The position numbers were made by a program, and so were the translations under genes. Under the pieces are notes generated by a model. It had not been told where the DNA came from and searched no databases. It was given only the letters and a program-made list of their open reading frames with translations. Of a stretch of DNA of 64,000 nucleotides, positions 47,433 through 54,287 are shown piece after piece (the stretch's first letter is position 1; every line of letters begins with the position of its first letter). The DNA is from an uncultured Saprospiraceae bacterium. GTDB lineage: Bacteria > Bacteroidota > Bacteroidia > Chitinophagales > Saprospiraceae. The DNA is taken from positions 3,936 to 67,935 of the forward strand of contig CALJOK010000024.1 in assembly GCA_937981555.1 (NCBI GenBank), read 5' to 3'.

Positions 47433-47859
47433 GTAGTGAGATTTAAGCTTTTAATTCCTTTTATTAAAAGGAATCTTGAGTTTTGGTTTTTAGTTAATTA
47501 AATTCGCGAAAATCAGCTGATTTTCTTTTAGAAAAAATAATCACAACCTTGATAACAGCTTTTTTAGGTAACTCTTTTAATTTTTTTAAAATGATTTTTA
47601 ATTTGACCAAGAGGAGCCAATCAATCTAAATCTCAAAAAAGCATTTTTAGCGTTTCAAGGATCACTAATATTTGTTGTAAAACTCTTGAGACATTAGTTC
47701 CTAAAAATCCTTTGAGTTCGTTTAAAATGTTTCACAAGAAGAAAATTCCAGCTAAGTTGAAAGTTTCTGAGAAGTAAAGATCATCTGTTTATACAGAAGG
47801 GTATTAAGAAAAAAAGAAAATTAAAAAGGTCTTAAATTACTATTTAAGACTTTTAAAGT

Positions 47860-47972
47860 TTTTTTAATTCTTTTAATATTATTTGTAGCGATTTAAAAAT
47901 TAATTTGAGATAGTTCTAGAACTTAATGATAGCAAGCGTTTCAGCAGATTATATTATATTTTTCTTTTTCTT
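47860..47972. other. AT-rich tract abutting the iterons (candidate DNA-unwinding element)
   Basis: About 110 nt of almost pure A/T immediately left of the first tightly phased iterons. Confidence 0.3.
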
Positions 47973-48805
47973 AAGAAGGGACAGATTTAGGGATATTAAG
48001 GGGACAGGTTTAGGGCTGAAAGAGGGACTTAATCAGTAAAAATGGGGGACAGACTTAGGGAGCTAAAAGGGACACAAAAGGGGGAATGAGCTGAAATGAT
48101 TATACAATCATTAAAAAGGGGACAAAAAAAGGGCAAATTAAATTAATCTGATTTGCAGTTTTTTGAAAATACCTTATACCCTTAATAAAGGGACATTATC
48201 AGGGAAATTGTATTTAGGTTTCTTTTTTTTATTGGTAAAAGTGGTTTTAAGAGGGGATAGAGAAATAATTAATATTAAAAAGGGGACAAAAAAGGGGGCC
48301 AACTATTACTTGGACCGATTTTAAAGAGAAGAAGTCTCTTTTTTTTTACTAAAAGGGGACAGAAAAGGGGAGTAATCAGTTGAAATCCATTTTTTTTTGT
48401 TTAAAAAGAATATGATTTGAATGATTTCGGGTATATTTTTTAAAAAGGGACAAAAAAAGGGCCCAAGTATTAGTTGAACATGTCAAAAGCTCTCAGAAGC
48501 GTAATTTATTAGATTAAAAGGGACATGAATAGGGATAAAGTATAAGTTTATGATCCATTTTTGAGTTGAATTGAGGTGATTTTTCTAAAAAGGACTAAAA
48601 CAGGGTAAGTGTAATCCTTTTTATGTCCCTTTTTATAATTACACTTTCCTTCTGCTAGTACAGTTACATGCGAGTAGATTAAATTTTGGATATTTAAGAG
48701 GGACATAATCAGGGGAATATTATAACACATATATATAGCATGATTTTTTAAAATATAAAAGATGTGGAAACATTTAGGGGGACAAAGCTTTTACTAGTCC
48801 CCTTC
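47973..48805 (+). repeat. Iteron array (about 15 direct copies of AAAGGGGACAnAnnnAGGG plus inverted half-sites), candidate oriV
   Basis: Copies start near 47973, 47997, 48019, 48040, 48065 (22-25 bp phasing), then 48111, 48184, 48247, 48274, 48349, 48440, 48513, 48584, 48692 and 48771. An inverted half-site lies at 48622-48635, and the inverted pair AGGGGAC...GTCCCCT lies at 48776-48803. Confidence 0.8.
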
Positions 48806-48811
48806 ATTTTT

Positions 48812-48819
48812 TATATTTG
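48812..48819 (+). promoter_or_regulatory. Candidate -7 promoter box TATATTTG for the rep gene
   Basis: Exact TAnnTTTG match, 47 nt upstream of the ATG at 48866 and just right of the inverted iteron pair. Confidence 0.4.
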
Positions 48820-48865
48820 CTTAAATTTTAATATTCACCACTATGTTTCAGCTTGATCAAAAACT

Positions 48866-50068
48866 ATGAAGCAGAAAAAAGTTAAACAAATAGCTCGTAT
48901 TGAAAATAGGTTTATTTTCAATGCAAGATACCAACTAAGTGCTCGGGAGCAAAAGATAATCTTATATCTAATGTCCAACCTAGACCCATTAGCACAAAAT
49001 GATTTTCATAAGCAGATAGTTTCGGTTAAAGAATTGGAGAACCTCCTCAAAGGGGAAGATAAGAAATGGGGTGGCTTGTACAAAGAGATGAATGATTTTA
49101 GCGCGCGAATTATTTCCAAATATATTTCTTTTGATTCTGATTTTTTGGTTGGAGGAAAACCATTACGTGGAGTCATCAGCTGGTTTCAATCGGTGATTCC
49201 TGTCGAAACTGAAAATGGGGAAGTGGCTTTAGAATTTATGTTTTCTGAAAGACTTAAACCTTTTTTATTGCAATTGAGTGAATATGCTAAAATTCACCCG
49301 TTGGATGTAGCTCCGATGAAAAGTGGTTTTGCGATTAGAATGTATCAAGTTTTTAAAGCGGAACGAGATCGGATGCGGAAACATACCCAAACCAATGCCA
49401 TGGTTTACACTTTGGATGAGTTGAAAAAAATGCTAGGCATCGAAGGAAAATATAAGGTGTTGAAAGATTTTAGGAGAAGAGTGCTCGATGTCGTGGAACG
49501 AGAAATAAATACTCATAGTCCAAGTGTTCAAGTTAAGTATGAATATATTAAAACTTCCCGTCGGGTAACAGGAGTGCGGTTTCTAATTTTTGATAAACCG
49601 AAGGATAAACCAAAAGCTACCAATGAAAAGAGTGGGGAGGCAACTAATTATGCTCCATCAAAAGAAGAGTTGGAAGTTTTGTCTTACTCTCAAACTAAAG
49701 CTTATAATATGTTGGTGAAATTTGGAGTATATGAAGGTATCGCTTACAAACAAATTGTGCCGGTAATTACGGGTGGCGAAATTGACGGATTCGAAGATTA
49801 TTTTGTCAAGCATGCTCTTTCGCATTTTAAGAAATGGGCAAGAGTTCAACCTAATAAAGCAATTAGTGCAGCAACATTTGTGAATTGGTGGACAGAGGGG
49901 AAAGTGTTCAATGCAGACAATGATGTGTTTTGGAAAATTCAGGAAAAGATCAATCACGATAAAAAGAAATTGGACGAAGCTACCTTTGACAATCGTATGG
50001 AAGCGAAGAATATGACGAAGAAAGAATTTATTGAATGGTACAAAGGGACACAGTCAAAAATGATGTAA
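48866..50068 (+). CDS. Plasmid replication initiator (Rep_3 / RepB-like, iteron-binding type)
   Basis: 400 aa. The N-terminus IENRFIFNARYQLSAREQKIILYLMS matches the conserved opening of Rep_3 initiators as I recall it. The gene lies directly downstream of the iteron array. Confidence 0.8.
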   Translation: MKQKKVKQIARIENRFIFNARYQLSAREQKIILYLMSNLDPLAQNDFHKQIVSVKELENLLKGEDKKWGGLYKEMNDFSARIISKYISFDSDFLVGGKPLRGVISWFQSVIPVETENGEVALEFMFSERLKPFLLQLSEYAKIHPLDVAPMKSGFAIRMYQVFKAERDRMRKHTQTNAMVYTLDELKKMLGIEGKYKVLKDFRRRVLDVVEREINTHSPSVQVKYEYIKTSRRVTGVRFLIFDKPKDKPKATNEKSGEATNYAPSKEELEVLSYSQTKAYNMLVKFGVYEGIAYKQIVPVITGGEIDGFEDYFVKHALSHFKKWARVQPNKAISAATFVNWWTEGKVFNADNDVFWKIQEKINHDKKKLDEATFDNRMEAKNMTKKEFIEWYKGTQSKMM

Positions 50069-50107
50069 CGACTGATTTTAGTCGGTAGGAAAAATCAAAT
50101 AAATTCT

Positions 50108-50165
50108 AAAGGCATCGAATCCGATGCCTTTAAAAAAGTTCAATTCCGTCGAACTCGACGGAATT
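50108..50165 (+). terminator. Two tandem GC-containing hairpins after rep
   Basis: AAAGGCATCG (50108-50117) pairs with CGATGCCTTT (50122-50131). AATTCCGTCGA (50142-50152) pairs with TCGACGGAATT (50155-50165). Confidence 0.5.
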
Positions 50166-50194
50166 AAAAAATTAAAGAAACACTATATTTTCAA

Positions 50195-51055
50195 ATGGCA
50201 AAACTCAAACCTTCCACCATAATTGTTCAAGGAAATGAAATTAGACTCACTTCCAAAAATGAAGAATCATATATTTCACTAACTGATATTGCAAAAGGTT
50301 TTGGAGATTCAAAAACGATGATTCAAAATTGGATGAGAACCAGAAGCACCGTTGAATTTTTAGGAGTTTGGGAAAATATGAACAATGATGATTTTAACCG
50401 CATCGAATTCGAGGCGATTAAGAATGCCTCCGGAAGTAATGTATTTTCCCTTTCTCCAAAAAAATGGATCGAAACAGTTAGTGCAGTTGGAATGACTTCC
50501 AAATCTGGAAGATATGGAGGAGGAACTTTTGCCCATTCTGAAATCGCATCTGAATTTGCTTCATGGTTAAGTCCATCTTTTAAATTATTTGTTTTTCAAG
50601 AATTAAATAGATTAAAAGAAGAGGAAGCTAAACGCAATAATTTAGAATGGAATGTTCATCGGATTATGTCGAAAGCCAATTTTCATATTCATACGGAAGC
50701 AGTCAAAAAGCATCTCGTTCCACCTCGGATTAAGAATACTAAAGCAGAAGGCATCGTTTATGCGAATGAAGCTGATATTTTAAATGTAGCATTATTTGGA
50801 ATGACTGCGAAGCAATGGAAAATTCAGAACCCAGAAATGACTGGAAATATGCGAGATAATGCCACGACGGAGCAATTACTTGTTTTGTCAAATTTGCAAA
50901 GCTTGAATTCCAAATTGATGGAGTGGGGGAGTGATGCGGAACAACGATTGGATATTTTAAATAAAACGGCGATTGACCAAATGGGAGTTTTGACAATGAG
51001 TGCATCTTTGAAGCAATTACCAAAAGAAAAGAAACAGCTAAAAAGTGGGAAGTAA
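50195..51055 (+). CDS. KilA-N domain-containing DNA-binding protein
   Basis: 286 aa. The N-terminal 130 aa (IRLTSKNEESYISLTDIAKGF...GTFAHSEIASEFASWLSPSFKLFV) fit the KilA-N pattern, and the C-terminal region is helical. Confidence 0.8.
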   Translation: MAKLKPSTIIVQGNEIRLTSKNEESYISLTDIAKGFGDSKTMIQNWMRTRSTVEFLGVWENMNNDDFNRIEFEAIKNASGSNVFSLSPKKWIETVSAVGMTSKSGRYGGGTFAHSEIASEFASWLSPSFKLFVFQELNRLKEEEAKRNNLEWNVHRIMSKANFHIHTEAVKKHLVPPRIKNTKAEGIVYANEADILNVALFGMTAKQWKIQNPEMTGNMRDNATTEQLLVLSNLQSLNSKLMEWGSDAEQRLDILNKTAIDQMGVLTMSASLKQLPKEKKQLKSGK

Positions 51056-51056
51056 A

Positions 51057-51491
51057 ATGATCAAACTTTCAAAGGAACAAGTCAATAGTATTGGGCAAGA
51101 TTTGGAGATGGGGATGAAATGTTATGTTCACAAAACTACAGGCGTGGCTACAAGCGTACCAAATGATATAAGTGAACATGATGATAATTTTGAAGTATGG
51201 GAAGAGGAACTAAAAGAGGTGAAACAAAACCCAGGTCAATATATTCTAATAGATCAAATGCAAAGTTCTGATTCCTTTAGAATTATGCGAAGATTTTTGG
51301 GAAAAGTTTCCAATTCTAAAATACGAGAAAAATTAATGATCGCCATTTCTCAAAATAAACCATTTCGAAAATTTCGAGATATTTTGGATTACAATGGTGA
51401 CGTTTTGCAAGATTGGTATGACTTCAAGCAAGAGCAAATAGAACGCTATGTTAATAGCTGTTTAGATGGTAATTCTGAAGAAGAAGAGTGA
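51057..51491 (+). CDS. UPF0158 family protein
   Basis: The ATG at 51057 lies 1 nt after the KilA-N stop. SDSFRIMRRFL...KPFRKFRDILDYNGDVLQDWYDFKQEQIERYV resembles the UPF0158 core. The ORF-track GTG start at 51045 is less likely. Confidence 0.7.
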   Translation: MIKLSKEQVNSIGQDLEMGMKCYVHKTTGVATSVPNDISEHDDNFEVWEEELKEVKQNPGQYILIDQMQSSDSFRIMRRFLGKVSNSKIREKLMIAISQNKPFRKFRDILDYNGDVLQDWYDFKQEQIERYVNSCLDGNSEEEE

Positions 51492-51495
51492 AAAG

Positions 51496-51531
51496 AAAGT
51501 TCCAAGATTCATTGAGTCTTGGAACTTTTTT
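51496..51531 (+). terminator. Rho-independent terminator after the KilA-N/UPF0158 pair
   Basis: AAAGTTCCAAGA (51496-51507) pairs with TCTTGGAACTTT (51517-51528), followed by TTT. Confidence 0.75.
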
Positions 51532-51670
51532 CATTTAAAGATAGTTCTTTTGCCATCACTAACCATTTCAATAAAAAGACAATGTAATTTTCATTTTACT
51601 TCATTTTGAAAAATCGTCGCTACCCTCTAGCGACTTATCTTTTTATTTATAGGAATTAAATTTATTAAAA

Positions 51671-52357
51671 ATGGATTCACGAAAGTACGGTCGTACTTTC
51701 CATTATCCTTTTTCGCCAGGAACGACAAGTGACGATAGAATTAATCATGACTATTGGTCAGATTTGCAATCTATTGAACAAATTGTCCACACCGAGAAAT
51801 TGGATGGAGAAAATACGTGCCTCAATCAATATGGCGTTTTTGCCAGATCCCATGCTGCCCCAACTCGGCACCCTTGGGCCAATTATTTAAAAGAACGATG
51901 GCATTTGATCAAAAATGAATTAGGTGATCTGGAGATTTTTGGAGAAAATATCTATGCTATTCATTCTATAAAATATTTGGAAATCGAACACCACTTTTAC
52001 GTTTTTGCAATCAGGCATTTGGATAAATGGCTTTCTTGGGAAGAAGTAAAATTCTATGCAGCATTGCTAGATTTTCCAATTGTCCCTGAGTTAAAAATGC
52101 AAAAGCCAAACGATCAGAAATTTTTGGAGAAAACAATTTTAAATTTTGTAAATCAACCGAGCGTTTTTCAATCTTTGGATATTCATACTCGAGAAGAATG
52201 TACGATGGAAGGAATCGTTTCTAGAAACGTTAATGAATATTTAGTAAAAGATTTTAAGAAAAATGTTTTCAAATATGTCCGAAAAGATCATGTTAAAACT
52301 GATGCACATTGGACTCGAAATTGGAAACGCGCTCCGTTAAAATGGGAAATATCATGA
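51671..52357 (+). CDS. ATP-dependent RNA ligase family protein (nucleotidyltransferase domain only, Rnl2/PF09414-like)
   Basis: 228 aa with covalent nucleotidyltransferase motifs I EKLDGEN, III EIFGEN, IV MEGIVSR and V FKYVRKDH. Confidence 0.8.
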   Translation: MDSRKYGRTFHYPFSPGTTSDDRINHDYWSDLQSIEQIVHTEKLDGENTCLNQYGVFARSHAAPTRHPWANYLKERWHLIKNELGDLEIFGENIYAIHSIKYLEIEHHFYVFAIRHLDKWLSWEEVKFYAALLDFPIVPELKMQKPNDQKFLEKTILNFVNQPSVFQSLDIHTREECTMEGIVSRNVNEYLVKDFKKNVFKYVRKDHVKTDAHWTRNWKRAPLKWEIS

Positions 52358-53475
52358 GTAATAAAATTTGGAAAATAATAGAAAACAAAGAGTGGCAAAA
52401 TGTAAGGAATTCATTTTCATGGATTCGGGATATGGAAGAAGTGCCACAAGATAAAGTGCATCACGCCGAAGGTGATGTTGCTACTCATACTCGTATGGTG
52501 GTAGAAGCATTGTTGAATTTACCAGCATTCCAAGGTTTGGAAGAGCAAGAAAAAGAGATTCTTTTTGCCGCTGCACTTTTGCATGATGTTGAAAAACGAT
52601 CAACCACGGTTCATGAATCTGATGGAAGAATCACTTCACGAGGACATGCTCGGAAAGGAGAATTTACTGCTCGAACGATTTTGTACAAAGATATTTCGAC
52701 TCCATTTCTGATTCGAGAAGCGGTGGCAAAATTGGTTCGAAATCATGGTTTACCGATTTGGATTTTTGAAAAGGAAAACCCGAGGAAGACACTTTTGCAA
52801 ACTAGTTTGGAAGTGAATTTAATGCACTTAGCTATTTTAGCAAAAGCCGATATGTTGGGAAGAATTTGTCAGGATCAATCAGAAATGTTGTATCAAATTC
52901 AATTATTCGAAGAATTTTGCAAGGAGCAAGACTGCTTTGGAAAAATGAAAATCTTTGGTTCTGATTTAGGACGATATCAATTTTTCCAAAAAGAAGAAGC
53001 AAGCCCTGACTATGTCCCTTTTGAAAATAATACTTTCGAAGTGATCATGCTGTCAGCTTTGCCAGGAACAGGGAAGGATTTTTTTATCAAAAAAAATTAT
53101 CCAAATGTTTCTGTTGTTTCTTTAGATGCTATTAGAAGGGAAAATAAAATTAGTCCAACCGATAAAAAGGGCAATGGAAAAGTCATTCAAATGGCAAAAG
53201 AACAAGCAAGAGTTTTTTTAAGAAAAAAAGAATCCTTCATTTGGAATGCAACGAATATTACAAGAAATCTGCGAACACCGTTGATTGATCTTTTTCAAAG
53301 TTATGGAGCAAAAACGAAGTTAATTTACCTCGAAGTTTCTTATAAAAAATTGATCCAGCAAAATAGAAATCGAGATTTTCCAGTCCCTCAAAAAGTAGTG
53401 GAAAAGATGATTTCGAAAATAGAAATTCCATCAAAATGGGAAGCTCCAATTTTAGAAATACATGTTTCAGACTAG
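52354..53475 (+). CDS. HD-Pnk-type bifunctional end-healing enzyme (N-terminal HD phosphoesterase plus C-terminal P-loop polynucleotide kinase)
   Basis: HD motifs are HHAEGDVATHT and AALLHDVEK. The Walker A motif LPGTGKD lies in the C-terminal third. The ATG at 52354 overlaps the ligase stop codon (ATGA). The ORF track offers upstream in-frame starts at 52309 and 52342. Confidence 0.8.
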   Translation: MSNKIWKIIENKEWQNVRNSFSWIRDMEEVPQDKVHHAEGDVATHTRMVVEALLNLPAFQGLEEQEKEILFAAALLHDVEKRSTTVHESDGRITSRGHARKGEFTARTILYKDISTPFLIREAVAKLVRNHGLPIWIFEKENPRKTLLQTSLEVNLMHLAILAKADMLGRICQDQSEMLYQIQLFEEFCKEQDCFGKMKIFGSDLGRYQFFQKEEASPDYVPFENNTFEVIMLSALPGTGKDFFIKKNYPNVSVVSLDAIRRENKISPTDKKGNGKVIQMAKEQARVFLRKKESFIWNATNITRNLRTPLIDLFQSYGAKTKLIYLEVSYKKLIQQNRNRDFPVPQKVVEKMISKIEIPSKWEAPILEIHVSD

Positions 53476-53571
53476 AAAACATGAGATTTTTCATAATTCG
53501 AACTCAAGTCAACACTTTTCCATGTTATGCCTAATTCGAACTAAAAAGCAGGGGCTGCTAAAAACATAAAT

Positions 53572-54066
53572 TTAAAAACTAGATCCAAAACCCAGATAAA
53601 TTATTTCAGGAAAACCAATTCCTGCTCGAAAGAGGAAACCTCCTGATGGTTTTTGATATCGGTAACCAATCGTAATAGCAGGAAGGATTTGAAGATAGTC
53701 TGACCTGGGAGGTTTCGAATTAGCATTACTTACGCCTATGTCATAACTTTGTTTATCATAGAGTAAGGTCAATCCTCCATTGAATTCCAAATGACTATTC
53801 TTTTGACCTGTTAACGCAGTTATTGAGGTGACAAATTGAGCACCTCCTCCCGCCCAGCCAGACCAAATGCCCAATCCGTTTCGCCAATAAAATGTGAATT
53901 TTTCATTTTTTGTTTCGCCCACCCATCGTTCATAACTAACGTTGGCTGCTAAACCTAATGTAGCATAAATAGTATTTTTTTTAAAATTTGGACTGTTTTC
54001 TTGAGCAAAGGAAAGTTGACTGATGGTAATAAATATTAGAATTAGATTGAATTTAAATGTTTGCAT
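53572..54066 (-). CDS. Small outer-membrane beta-barrel-like protein
   Basis: 164 aa with a signal peptide ending in SFAQ, a glycine/aromatic-rich strand pattern and a C-terminal Phe. Confidence 0.6.
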   Translation of the reverse strand: MQTFKFNLILIFITISQLSFAQENSPNFKKNTIYATLGLAANVSYERWVGETKNEKFTFYWRNGLGIWSGWAGGGAQFVTSITALTGQKNSHLEFNGGLTLLYDKQSYDIGVSNANSKPPRSDYLQILPAITIGYRYQKPSGGFLFRAGIGFPEIIYLGFGSSF

Positions 54067-54202
54067 TGGTTAGAGGTTTTAATGAAGTTACTCGTCAATG
54101 TAAAGAAATTTCCTGAATACATTTATTTTAAGCTTTTTTAGTGGAGAAATATCGTCAAATTTCTCTATTCATATTGCTTAATTGAATATTCGATATCCCC
54201 GC

Positions 54203-54236
54203 AAAAAAAACGCCCCGACTGAATTTCAGTCGGGGC
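54203..54236 (-). terminator. Rho-independent terminator of the E1 gene
   Basis: GCCCCGACTGA (54212-54222) pairs with TCAGTCGGGGC (54226-54236). On the minus strand it is followed by an 8-nt T-run (plus-strand A-run 54203-54210). Confidence 0.85.
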
Positions 54237-54287
54237 AATACTTGGTTAGAATGGTTAGAACAGGGAAGTGCCAATCTTCCCCTTTAA

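Noticed and set aside
48548-48730. 60-aa minus-strand ORF
   Set aside because: It lies within the iteron array, and its sequence is dictated by the repeats.
48763-48771. Possible DnaA box TGTGGAAAC near the rep promoter
   Set aside because: It has two mismatches to TGTGGATAA and is a single copy. This is not enough to claim a DnaA box.
47973-48805. The repeat array might be a CRISPR array
   Set aside because: The repeats are only about 20 nt and degenerate, with spacing from about 2 to 90 nt rather than uniform spacers. Some copies are inverted, and no cas genes are present. The array abuts a Rep-type initiator gene, so an iteron origin explains it better.
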